Source: Octopus bimaculoides (Eukaryota). Taken from it: 33,097 bases of DNA. A program made the position numbers and the translations under genes. The stretch spans positions 16,001,916 to 16,035,012 of the forward strand of contig NC_068998.1 of assembly GCF_001194135.2 (NCBI RefSeq), given 5' to 3'. Below, one piece after another: positions 10,762 through 20,587 of the stretch (positions are counted from its first letter, which is position 1; every line of letters starts with the position of its first letter). The notes beneath the pieces were generated by a model. It was not told the DNA's origin, did not search any database, and worked only from the letters and a program-made list of their open reading frames with translations.

Positions 10762-11120
10762 ACACCAGGCTCCATTCTGATTTGGCAGAGTTTCTACAGC
10801 TGGATGCCCTTCCTAACGCCAACCACTCAGAGAGTGTAGTGGGTGCTTTTTACGTGCCACCGGCACAAAGGCCAGTCAGGCGGTACTGACAACGGCCACG
10901 CTCAAAATGGTGTATTTTATGTGCCACCCGCACAAGAGCCAGTCCAGGGGCACTGGCAACGATCTCGCTCGAAAGTCCATTACACATGCCACAGGCACAA
11001 GTGCCAGAAAGGCGACGCTGGGCACAGGTGCCATCACAATTTCGCTTTCGCTTGCCCCAATAAGTCTTCGCAAGCCGAGTTTCGTGTCCAATGAGGGAGA
11101 CGACGTTGGCATGGGTGCCA
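10762..11120 (-). mobile_element. RTE-LINE 3'UTR copy with internal ttttacgtgccaccggcac subrepeats
   Basis: caccaggctcc..tctgatttggcagagtttctacagctggatgcccttcctaacgccaaccactc..., followed by repeated gtgccac(c/a)ggcac units. Truncated by the gap. Confidence 0.75.
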
Positions 11121-11198
11121 TGTTTCAACCCTAATGCTGTGACCATGTTGGGGCACTGCCAGTGAAAATATGTGCCTCCCTGGTGGGGAATCAAAGCT

Positions 11199-11286
11199 TG
11201 GTCTCCAGCGTGACCCTCGTCTCCAGTGTGACCCTGGTCTTCTACGTGAACCTGGTCTCCTGCATGACCCTGGTCTTCCGTGTGAC
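11199..11286. repeat. 18-bp minisatellite, about 5 diverged units (tggtctccagcgtgaccc)
   Basis: Units start at 11199, 11217, 11235, 11253 and 11271. Confidence 0.88.
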
Positions 11287-11304
11287 AGACCACTATACTA
11301 CCCC

Positions 11305-11480
11305 TATAGTTTTTTAATTGTTTCAGTCATTAGGCTGTGGCCATGCTGGGGCACCACCTTGAAGAATTTTAGTCAAATGAATCGACCCCATTACATTTAA
11401 AATAAAAATTTTTAAAGCCTGGTACATATTCTATCAATCTCTTTTGCTGAACTGCTAAGTTACTGGAACACAAATCAACA
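11305..11480 (-). mobile_element. SINE family C 3' portion
   Basis: ttgtttcagtcatt..ggctgtggccatgctggggcaccaccttgaag...ctttttgctgaactgctaagttac. Confidence 0.65.
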
Positions 11481-11484
11481 CGAA

Positions 11485-11577
11485 ATTTTAACGAAAGGTT
11501 TTAATTTAGATCACTTTAAATCAAAAGCCGGTATGGTAGAGCCAGAGGTGGTCTGAAGCGGGTTGGTATCAAAAAGG
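11485..11577 (+). mobile_element. Right end of a TTAA-flanked (piggyBac-like) non-autonomous element
   Basis: agagccagaggtggt...ggttggtatcaaaaagg|TTAA, homologous to the 3' part of 14092-14308. Confidence 0.55.
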
Positions 11578-11841
11578 TTAATGACAAAGTCTTAAAGCTG
11601 TATTCTATCTTTAAGAAATCAATTCTTAAATTTGGTTTGTATTTATAGCAAAATCTGAAGATTGTGTTGCTGTTTATAAGTATTGTTTATCATAATAGCT
11701 AAGAATATGTCACAAAGGCATATAACAGATCTTTTATCTGTGATATTAGACTATGAACTTTCAGGGTATCTACCTATCTATGAAGAATTACTATGAACTT
11801 TTTGCTTACCTGATTTTTGCTTAATTATATTTATACTCATT

Positions 11842-12075
11842 AAGGCAGCGAGCTGGCAGAATTGTTAGCACACCGGGCGAAATGCTTAGTGGTATTTCGT
11901 CTGCCGTTATATTCTGAGTTCAAATTCTGCCGAGGTTGACTTTGCCTTTCATCCTTTTGGGGGTTGATTAAATAAGTACCAGTTATGCACTGGAGTCGAC
12001 ATAATCGACTTAATCCCTTTGTCTGTCCTTGTTTGTCCACTCTGTGTGTAGCCCCTTGTGTGCAGTAAAGAAATA
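11842..12075 (+). mobile_element. Full-length SINE family B copy with 16-bp TSD
   Basis: Head aaggcagcgagctggcagaattgttagc with B-box gagttcaaattc. Perfect TSD tatatttatactcatt at 11826-11841 and 12076-12091. Confidence 0.92.
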
Positions 12076-12268
12076 TATATTTATACTCATTTGTCTTTTG
12101 TCTTTTGATAGTTTCAGTCTGAGGGTGGCCATGCTGGGGCACTGCCATTTGCATTTATATTTCTGTATAAATCTTTTATAAATGTTTTGATGCCATTAAC
12201 AACCACTTGCCCATCTTTTATTTTATTTTATTTTATCATAATGGATCAATATTTTGTTGTGTTTGTAG

Positions 12269-12357
12269 GAAATGTGAAAAATCTTCTACTGATGGTTATA
12301 TTTCAGCAGGTGAAGTAAAATACTTTCAAGGATCAGTTCGGACTCCCACACCATTTA
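12269..12357 (+). CDS. LRRC63: Internal coding exon of LRRC63-like LRR gene (pre-LRR region): KCEKSSTDGYISAGEVKYFQGSVRTPTPF
   Basis: Acceptor ttttgttgtgtttgtag|G and donor A|gtgagt. The 89 nt are open in the phase2-in/phase1-out frame, and the phase-1 end joins the phase-1 start of exon 15370 (A+CT = Thr). It is unique sequence between repeats. The peptide itself is not recognised; the assignment rests on splice sites and phase. Confidence 0.6.
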
Positions 12358-12384
12358 GTGAGTAGCAATGTTGTTCAAGTTTTT

Positions 12385-12845
12385 AAATGTTGAGCTCTAA
12401 TTGTGGAGGGTACCTGTAGAAGGGGTAGACCTAGGAAGACATGGGACAAGGTGGTGAGAAAGGATCTTTGCTGGGCCTCACTGAGGAAATGACAAGGGAC
12501 TGTGATTTGTGGTGATTTGCTGTACTTGATAAGACATGTCAAACTAAGTAAAATCACTGTCTTCCACACATATAGTCTTGTCCTTTCAGGTGCCAGTGCC
12601 ACTTAAAAAGCACCCGTGCCAGTGCTGCGTAAACATACCCATGCTGGTTTCATGTAAAAAGCATCCAGCACACTCTGTTAAGTAGTTGGCAGCAGGAAGG
12701 GCATCCAACTGTAGAAACCATGCCACAACAGATAGTTGGGGTTTGAATGGCTCCCTGCTAGCGAGCTCCATGTCAAACTGTCCAACCCATGCCAGCATGG
12801 AAAGTAGATGTTAACGATGATGATGATGATGATGATGATGATGAG
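12385..12845 (+). mobile_element. 5'-truncated RTE LINE: RT C-terminus plus 3'UTR and (GAT)n tail
   Basis: KC*ALIVEGTCRRGRPRKTWDKVVRKDL/LLGLTEEMTRDCDLW*FAVLDKTCQTK*, then a UTR ending tccaacccatgccagcatggaaagtagatgttaac(gat)n. Confidence 0.88.
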
Positions 12846-14091
12846 GATGAAAATGCTTCAAATATTTTACTTATTGGTTCTCTATTTGACCAACCTTACA
12901 GTAATAAGGGTAGGCAAAACATGTAGGGATTTTTACTACTCTGTTAGGATGAGAGAAGGCGAATGTAGGGTTTTAGAAATTTTAACTACTCAACAGGAAT
13001 AAGGAAAGGCAAACATGTATGGACACTCATGTTAAATTGGTTTAAAGATGTTAGTGTTATGCAACAGATGGCAATTTGGCAGAACTCTTCTCTGAGTTCA
13101 AATCCTGCTATAATCAATTTTGCTTTGCATGTGGTTAGGGGTCAATAAATAAAGTACCAATGAAGTACTGAAGTCAATTATTCTCTCCCATTTTTCTTCT
13201 TTATTTCTTTTTGCTTTTGAAAATAGTTACATTGCTTTGTAAGAAGAGTAATAACAGAAGATATAGGATAAATATAGATATTGCTTTCTCCAAAAACAAA
13301 CAAAAAAAAAAGAGTTGAGTGAAAAGCTAGAAACAACTCATAGAAAAACAGACATGCAACTAGAACTATTCAAAGATGAGCTAATGTGCAGTTCAGCATG
13401 GACTGGAAATACAGAAGAATGTGATGTATTATGTAATAATACAAGACTTCTATTTTCTCATAGTATTTGACTGAAGGTGAAAATCAAGATGGTGAACTGG
13501 CAAAGTGGGTGGGGAACTCTAGAAAGTTAAATAAAATTGGTCTAGAGTAGAAGTTGGTAAAGTGGTCAGTATTGACCTCGGGGTGTGTGTGGCATCTATG
13601 TGATCATCCAAGGAGTCGATAAGCATTAAATTTCCTGACTATATCAATATAACATAACTGAATTTTTATTGCTCTTTATCAATTTTTTTCAAGTATTTTC
13701 ATTAAATTTCTTTAAATATTTCTTATTAAAAACTGGTAATGACACAAAAGAACAAAGGAATTATCATTTTAAAATCAAGAAATTTTTTATTAATTAGTCT
13801 TTTGAATTTTATTTAAGACATTTATATAATGGGGGTTCAATAAGTTAACGTTGATTCTATGAAGGGGTTAGTGATATAATAAGTTTATCGGCTCCTGTTC
13901 TAGAGTAAGGTACTCTAGCATGGTCACAGTCAAATGACTGAAACCAGCAAAAAAATAAAAGAATGGTATTTGTGGAAGAGTGTAATGTCACAAATTTTTG
14001 AGGACAAACTGTAAGTAACTTGCTTGGGGCTCTCCTTCCCCACTAAGTAATTATTGACCCTAGGAAGAATGGAAGGTAAAATCGTCATTAA

Positions 14092-14308
14092 CCCTTTTGT
14101 TACCATATTTCTGTTGAGATGCTCTGTGTTTCTTTCAACTAATTTTAAATATAACAAAGAATTTAGTAAAATAGCTTAGTTATCATTAAGTTAGTGTTAG
14201 GAACATAAATTGTAACTAAGGTTTGGTGGAAGATTTTAATTCAGAGCTTTTGAAAACAAAACATTTGTACTACAGAGCCAGAGGTGGTTTCAGCCAGGTT
14301 GGTATCAA
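14092..14308 (+). mobile_element. TTAA-flanked (piggyBac-like) MITE, right terminus partly deleted
   Basis: TTAA(14088-14091)|CCCTTTTGTTACC...agagccagaggtggtttcagccaggttggtatcaa|ttaa. The left end is an inverted match (2 mismatches) to the right end seen at 11565-11577. Confidence 0.6.
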
Positions 14309-14393
14309 TTAAGTACCAGTGAAACATTGGGGTCAGTGTAATCAACTAGCCCCTTCCCCCAAAATTTCAGGCCTTGTACCTTTAGTAGAAAGG

Positions 14394-14461
<68 letters not shown>

Positions 14462-14896
14462 CATCATTAAGACAGCAAGCTGGTGGAACCATTAGCATGC
14501 TGGACAAAATGCTTGGTAGAATTTTGTCCTTCATACTCTGAGTTCAAATGCTACTGATGTCAACTTTGCTTTTCATCCTCTCCAGGATGATAAAATAAGT
14601 ACCAGTTGAGCACTGGGGTCAATGCAATCGACTGTACCCCTATCCTAAAATTGCTGGCCTTGTGCCAAAATTTGGAACCATTATTTGTTGTAGTAAGGCA
14701 GCAAGCTGGCAGAACTGTTAGCATGCCGGGCAAAATGCTTAGCAGTATTTCTTTGCGACTACGTTCTGAGTTCAAATTCCGTTGAGGTCAACTTTGCCTC
14801 TCATCCTTTCAGGGTCGATAAATTAAGTGTCAGTTGAGTACTGGAGTGGATGTAATCAACTTATACCCTCCCCAAAATTTTCAGGCCTGTGCCTAT
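14309..14896 (+). mobile_element. Cluster of three SINE family B copies (14309-14395 partial, 14467-14680, 14697-14896), separated by (ATT)n
   Basis: Repeated aaggcagcaagctggcagaa...aaatgctt...gagttcaaat...ctttgc..tcatcct...aagtaccagttgag...caggcct. Confidence 0.82.
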
Positions 14897-15281
14897 TGTT
14901 GTTGGCACTCCATCGCTTACGACGTCGAGGGTTCCAGTTGATCCGAACAACGGAACAGCCTGCTCGTGAAATTAACGTGCAAGTGGCTGAGCACTCCACA
15001 GACACATGTACCCTTAACGTAGTTCTCGGGGATATTCAGCATGACACAGTGTGACAAGGCTGACCCTTTGAATTACAGGCACAACAGAAACAGGAAGTAA
15101 GAGTGAGAGAAAGTTGTGGTGGAAGAGTACAGCAGGGTACGCCACCATCCCCTGCTGGAGCCTTCTGGAGCTTTAGGTGTTTTCGCTCAATAAACACTCA
15201 CAACGCCTGGTCTGGGAATCGAAACCGCGATCCTATGACTGCGAGTCCGCTGCTCTAACCACTGGGCCATTGTGCCTCCAC
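14897..15281 (-). mobile_element. Full-length SINE family A copy nested in the tail of a family B SINE
   Basis: About 94% identical to 7933-8318 by manual alignment. Degenerate TSD cctgtgcctat (14886-14896) / cttatgcctat (15282-15292). The B tail (aacagaaaggattatt) resumes after it. Confidence 0.92.
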
Positions 15282-15369
15282 CTTATGCCTATAACAGAAA
15301 GGATTATTTGTTGTTGTAGTAGAAGTAACTAAATTGTTGGATATTTCTTTCTGTTTTGCTTTTTGATAG

Positions 15370-15455
15370 CTGGGCCTTATGAAAATCTGGTGTTTCCAGA
15401 AGATCTGTCTCTGTTAGACTGCATGCTGTGTGGAGGGAAATTCCTCAATCTAAAG
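15370..15455 (+). CDS. LRRC63: Internal coding exon of LRRC63-like gene: (T)GPYENLVFPEDLSLLDCMLCGGKFLNLK, ending at a GC donor
   Basis: Acceptor ttctgttttgctttttgatag|CT and donor AAG|gcaaga. LDCMLCGGKFLNLK joins AHFI of the next exon, matching my recollection of the LRRC63 motif LDxLxxGGxxLSLK(A/G)xFI just before the first LRR. Confidence 0.82.
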
Positions 15456-15479
15456 GCAAGATTCATTTAATTCTTTCAT

Positions 15480-16168
15480 TCTTTTATTCTTTTACTTGTT
15501 TCAGTCATTTGACTGTGGCCATGCTGGAGCACCACCTTGAGCTGTTTTACTTGAACAACTCAACCCCAGGACATATTAATTAAGCCTAATACTTATTCTG
15601 TTGGTCTCTTTTGCTGAACTGCTAAGTTACAGGTATGTAAACGCACCAACACTGGTTGTCAAGTGGTGATGGGGTGACAAACACAGACACAATGATACAC
15701 ACACATAAATATATATACATACATACATACATATATATATATGTCCTACCCATGCATGCATGGAAGATGGATGTTAAACGATGATGATGATGACGATAGA
15801 TGATGATATATATATATATATATATATANNNNNNNNNNNNNNNNNNNNNNNNNNNNNNNNNNNNNNNNNNNNNNNNNNNNNNNNNNNNNNNNNNNNNNNN
15901 NNNNNNNNNNNNNNNNNNNNNNNNNNNNNNNNNNNNNNNNNNNNNNNNNNNNNNNNNNNNNNNNNNNNNNNNNNNNNNNNNNNNNNNNNNNNNNNNNNNN
16001 NNNNNNNNNNNNNNNNNNNNNNNNNNNNNNNNNNNNNNNNNNNNNNNNNNNNNNNNNNNNNNNNNNNNNNNNNNNNGTAAAAGACACTTGCCGAAGGTGC
16101 CAAGAAGTGGGACTGAGCCTGGAACCATGTACTTGGGAAGCAATCTTCTTATCACACAGCCACACCTG
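15480..16168 (-). mobile_element. SINE family C copy spanning a gap inside the GC-AG intron
   Basis: Tail at 15480-15700 (ttttacttgtttcagtcatttgactgtggccatgctggagcacc...) and head at 16077-16168 (aagacacttgccgaaggtgcca..gtgggactgagcctggaaccatgt...cacacagccacacc). Confidence 0.75.
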
Positions 16169-16403
16169 CGCCTGTCCTTTTGTATTTAAACTTCGCTGTC
16201 AAACATGTCTTTTGGCCTCCATCTCTATGATGCATAAATTGAATGGTTTCCTCACCGACTGAGTGTTTTTTTTTTTGTTTTTTTGATGACATTAAACATT
16301 TTTCCATTTCGTAGTCACCATCACCATTGCCATCATCATCATCATCATCAGTATCAAATCGATCCAAACCTTACCAAGTCTACTTATTGTTTTGTGTTTA
16401 CAG

Positions 16404-16487
16404 GCCCATTTCATATGCACACTTTCCAACATTAATTATCTGAGAGACACCTTAACCAGTATCAACCTTTCTTTCAATCATTTCACA
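16404..16487 (+). CDS. LRRC63: Internal coding exon of LRRC63-like gene: AHFICTLSNINYLRDTLTSINLSFNHFT (first LRR)
   Basis: Acceptor tgttttgtgtttacag|GCC and donor ACA|gtaagt. 84 nt, phase 0/0, with the LRR consensus LxxLxLxxN (LTSINLSFN). Confidence 0.9.
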
Positions 16488-16829
16488 GTAAGTCTTGTTT
16501 TCTTTTTTCCTTCTCCTTATTTTAATCTTTCACAACTTCCATCTCCATTTCTTTTTAACCCCCATTTCCCCAGCTTTCTGTTCCTTGTCTTCCAACACCA
16601 ACATTGTCAAGTCTGCTCACATTTGCTTTTATTTTTATGTCTGCTTTTCTTTTTTTTTTTTTGTTAATTAAGATACTAGGGTGTGATTTCGGGAAGACTC
16701 TTACGTCTATTTCTAACATTTTAAATGACCACATAGGGGTTGTGGTTGTGCGTGTATGTGTGTGCTCAGAAGAAACCATTATGTGTGTATGAAGCAGGGC
16801 TTTAATGTTGGTTGCATTTGGGCTTTACA

Positions 16830-17045
16830 AGGCCATGAGCAGGCAGAATTGGTAGCATGTTGAGCAAAATGCTTAGTGGCATTTTGTCTGTCCTTATGTT
16901 CTGAGTTCAGATTCTGCCAAGGTCAACTTTGCCTTTCATCCTTTTGGGGTCAATGAAATAGATACCAGTTGAGCACTAGGGTTGATGTAATTGACTAAAC
17001 CTCTCCCTTAAAATTGCTGGCCTTGTGTTGAAAATTTGAAACCAA
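16830..17045 (+). mobile_element. SINE family B copy
   Basis: aaggccatgagcaggcagaatt...caaaatgcttagtggc...ctgagttcagattc...ctttgcctttcatcc...aaattgctggccttgtg. Confidence 0.75.
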
Positions 17046-17099
17046 AATTGGGCTTTATGTTTTAGCTGCAATGAAAGTCTGAAGGGGAAATACCTAGAA

Positions 17100-17770
17100 T
17101 TTGGGGTGGTTGGTTGGTCGACCAAATGGTTAACTGGCTGGTTTGTTGATTGGTTAGTTGGTTCATTTGTTGGGAGGATGGTTGGTTAATCAGCTGGCTG
17201 GTTGATTTGTTGGTTATTTGGTTGATTGGCTGATTGGCTTGATTGGTTGGTTGGTTTGATTGGTTGATTGAGTGGTTGGCTGATTGATTAGTTGGCTGGT
17301 TGATTGAATGGTTGATTGGTTGATTGACCAGTTGGTTGATTAATTGATTGTTTGGTTGAGTGACTGGCTGATTGGTTGGTTGATTGGCTGATTGATTGGT
17401 TGATTGATTGGTTGATTGATTGGTTGATTGATTGGTTGATTGACTGGTTGGTTGATTGATTGATTGGCTGGTTGATTGGTTGATTGATTAGTTGATTAGT
17501 TGGTTGATTAGTTGGTTGATTGGTTGGTTGATTGGTTGATTGATTGGGTGACTGACTTGTTGGTTGATTGATTGATTGGTTTGATTGGTTGATTGACTTG
17601 TTGGTTGATTGATTGGTTGATTGATTGGTTGATTGGTTGGTTGATTGGTTGATGGTTTGGCTGGTTAATTGAATGGTTAGTTGATTGATTGATTGCTTGG
17701 TTGATTGATTGGTTTGTTGATTGGTTGGTTGGATGATTGTTCGGTTGGCTAGTTGCTTGGTTGGTTCAGT
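17100..17770. repeat. About 670-bp degenerate (TTGG/TTGA)n tetranucleotide satellite
   Basis: Directly visible; source of the NQST-rich 164-aa ORF. Confidence 0.95.
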
Positions 17771-18562
17771 GGTTGGTGTCACCAGTCAACAGTAAAACAT
17801 AGCTCAGCCTAAGGCATGACAGAAAATATCAAATACAAAACTTCAAACCTATCTAAATTTGTCTGGAAACCTTGTTCACCCTACCCACCCTTACCAACAA
17901 CTATCACCATTGTCATCACAACCACCACTACCACCACCACTACCACCATAATGACGACAACGACGATGATGACAATGACCACCACCACCACTACTACATA
18001 TACTGCTATTAACATACATACCACTGCTACTGCAAACAAGAATTCATATACCATCACCAACATCATTGCCACTACTGCCCATGCTACTATTGTTATAGCG
18101 ACCACCTTAACTGCAACCATCACCTCAACCACACATACAATCATACCACTGTCACAAATACCTCAAACACAACTACTACCATCACTACCACCACTGCCAC
18201 CACTGATATCACCACCCACTACTACCACCAGTTCTACTGCTACATTCATACTATGACCAACTAACTATCACAACCATTGCTACTACAACCCCCATCACTA
18301 CTACTACTACTACTACTACATAACCCTAAAGGTAATAAAATAATCATGTGATGGAGTTTTGAAAGTGAAAGTAAATAAACTAAACCATAAAAATAAAAAT
18401 ATAGAAATGAAAGCAAAACCAAAAATTATTCTTTTTTCTTTTTTTTTTGTATTCTTGGAAAAAACCCAAAGATTTTTCAGCATTGATTTTAAATGTTGTT
18501 GTTGTAGCTGGAGAAGGCAAAATACCACCAGATTTGAAAAATACTATTATTGTAACAATATT

Positions 18563-18900
18563 TGCGGCTCGGTGGTTAAGCAGCTAGTTCTTGGGTTCAG
18601 TCCCACTGTGATATCAGGTTCAATCTCAGTGCATCGCACCTTCAAATGTCTTTGTGCACCTTCTACTATTGCTCTACTATAAGCATCATGGGTAGATTTG
18701 GTACACAGAAACTGAAAGAAGCCTGTCATATATCGGTGCAGGTAAAGCTGTGTGGTGAGAAGCTTGCTTCCCAACATCATGGTTCTGGGTTCAGTCCCAC
18801 TGCATGGCACTTTGAGCAGGTGTCTTTTATTATAGCCTTGAGCCTATCAAAGCCTTGTGAGGAGATTTGGTAGACAGAAACTGAAAGAAGCCTATCTTAT
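18563..18900 (+). mobile_element. Two tandem SINE family C heads (about 18563-18735 and 18740-18900)
   Basis: ggttcagtcccactg...tggtacacagaaactgaaagaagcctg and gctgtgtggtgagaagcttgcttcccaa...gggttcagtcccactgcatggcac...gtagacagaaactgaaagaagcc. Confidence 0.7.
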
Positions 18901-19039
18901 ATCTGTTTGATTGGTTGATTGATTGGTTGCTTGGTTGGTTCAGTGGCTGGCGTCACCAGTCAACAGTAAAACATAGCTCATATATATNNNNNNNNNNNNN
19001 NNNNNNNNNNNNNNNNNNNNNNNNNATATATACATATAG

Positions 19040-19160
19040 ATATTTTGCCAAATCAGATTGGAGCATGGTGCTGCCTCCTGGCTTACCCAGTTCTCAGTCA
19101 AACTGTCCAACCCATGGCAGTATGGAAAACAGATGTTACACAATGATGAGGATGAGGATA
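19040..19160 (+). mobile_element. RTE-LINE 3' end copy
   Basis: gccaaatcagattggagc...ctcagtcaaactgtccaacccatggcagtatggaaaacagatgtta. Confidence 0.7.
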
Positions 19161-19574
19161 TGTGTATGTGTGCATGTGTGAGTTTGTTTATGTGTTTGCA
19201 TCTTTCTGGGTATGTATTTGTGTGTATGTGTGCGTGTGTATGTGGGTGTTTGTGCTTTTGTGTCTGTGTCTGTCCTGCACCACTGATTGTCAACCAGTGT
19301 TGGTGTGTTTACATCCTCATAACTTAGCAGTTTGACAAAACAAAACCAACGGAATAAGTATATATATGTAAGTATATATCATCCCAGCACAGACAATAGA
19401 TGCTAAATGCTGCTGCTGCTGATATGTGTGTTTGTGTGTGTATGTGTGAGTACGTGTGTATATGTGTTTGCGTGTACTCTTGTTAAGACATCATATGATA
19501 GTTGTAAAAGGACATTGCTGTCATGGACTAGTGAGGTTATACATTTGCAATCTTCTGTGGAAAACCTATCTGGC

Positions 19575-19998
19575 CATGGGGGAAATATTAGCTTCCTTGG
19601 AAACAGGTAAGGGTTGGTGGCAGGAAGGGCATCTGGACATAGAAGATCTGACTCTACAAATTCCATCTTGACCTATAGAAGCATGGACAAATGGTTGATA
19701 AGTGATGATGATGAAGAGCATGATGATGATGATGATGGTTATGATGATGATGAGGAATAGCAGGATGAGAATGATGAGAATGATGGTAATGATGCTGATG
19801 CTGATGATGATAATGATAATGATGATGATGATGATGAAAACCTGGAGGATGAGGATGATGATAATGCTGCTGCTGATGATGATGAGGATGTTTAAGAACA
19901 AGAGGATGAGGAAGAGGATGATGATAATGATGATGATGATGATGATGATGATGAGGATGATGATAATGATAACGGTAGCAGTGATGATGATGAAAGCA
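19575..19998 (+). mobile_element. RTE-LINE 3' end followed by a long degenerate (GAT)n expansion
   Basis: gggttggtggcaggaagggcatctgg...agcatggacaaatggtt, then about 300 bp of GAT/GAG/AAT repeats. Confidence 0.65.
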
Positions 19999-20002
19999 TA
20001 AG

Positions 20003-20350
20003 GAGTGGAAACAACCGACGTATTTCTCTTCTCACCATTCCTGGATATATTCTTGGAAAAAATTTATTTCGATAGATTGATTCCAATCTATCACGTGTTC
20101 TTCCAGAAAGCCAATCCGGGTTCAAACCGGATCATAAAATGGTTGATGCGATCCTTTCCTGACAATAGATCCAGGAAAATTGTGCCGAACCACATTGTTC
20201 TCTCTTCATAATTTTTCTCTGATCTTGTCAAGACTTTCGGATCAATGCTACACAACAGACATCTAAAGCATTGAAGAACCTCGGATGCTTTAGATGTCTC
20301 CATTGCTTCTTAAGATCCATCAAGGCTTTTCATGGAGATATGACAAGACA
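20003..20350 (+). mobile_element. Decayed RTE-type reverse transcriptase fragment
   Basis: SGNNRRISLLTIPGYILGKNLFR*IDSNLSRVLPESQSGFKPDHKMVDAILS*Q*IQENCAEPHCSLFIIF/DLVKTF matches RT domains 1-3 (NxRGISLL, LPESQCGFR, QEK, DLxKAFD). Confidence 0.85.
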
Positions 20351-20546
20351 GATTAATCTACAGGGGAAACTTTTCTTCGTGCTGAGAAGGCCAGACCATG
20401 GGAAAGACCTGACTACTCACGCAATAACGATGTATTGAATATTAGGAAAAAAAAAACAAATGCTGTTAGTGATGAAGCCCGGGAGCTATAATATTTGTAT
20501 TTATCTATCTGACTGTCTGCTTGCCTGCCAGCCTGTCTATCTATCA

Positions 20547-20581
<35 letters not shown>

Positions 20582-20587
<6 letters not shown>

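Noticed and set aside
10843-11290. Regularly spaced repeats superficially like a CRISPR or coding-repeat array
   Set aside because: They are degenerate internal subrepeats of the RTE 3'UTR plus an 18-bp minisatellite. There are no unique spacers or cas genes, and the context is eukaryotic.
11649-11679. Possible 31-nt micro-exon (KSEDCVAVY), phase-compatible with exon 12269
   Set aside because: The acceptor is plausible but the donor (AA|gtattg) is weak and there is no recognisable homology. It cannot be supported without RNA-seq.
13310-13470. Open stretch ELSEKLETTHRKTDMQLELFKDELMC... in the 3-kb intron
   Set aside because: No convincing acceptor or donor and no recognisable protein similarity.
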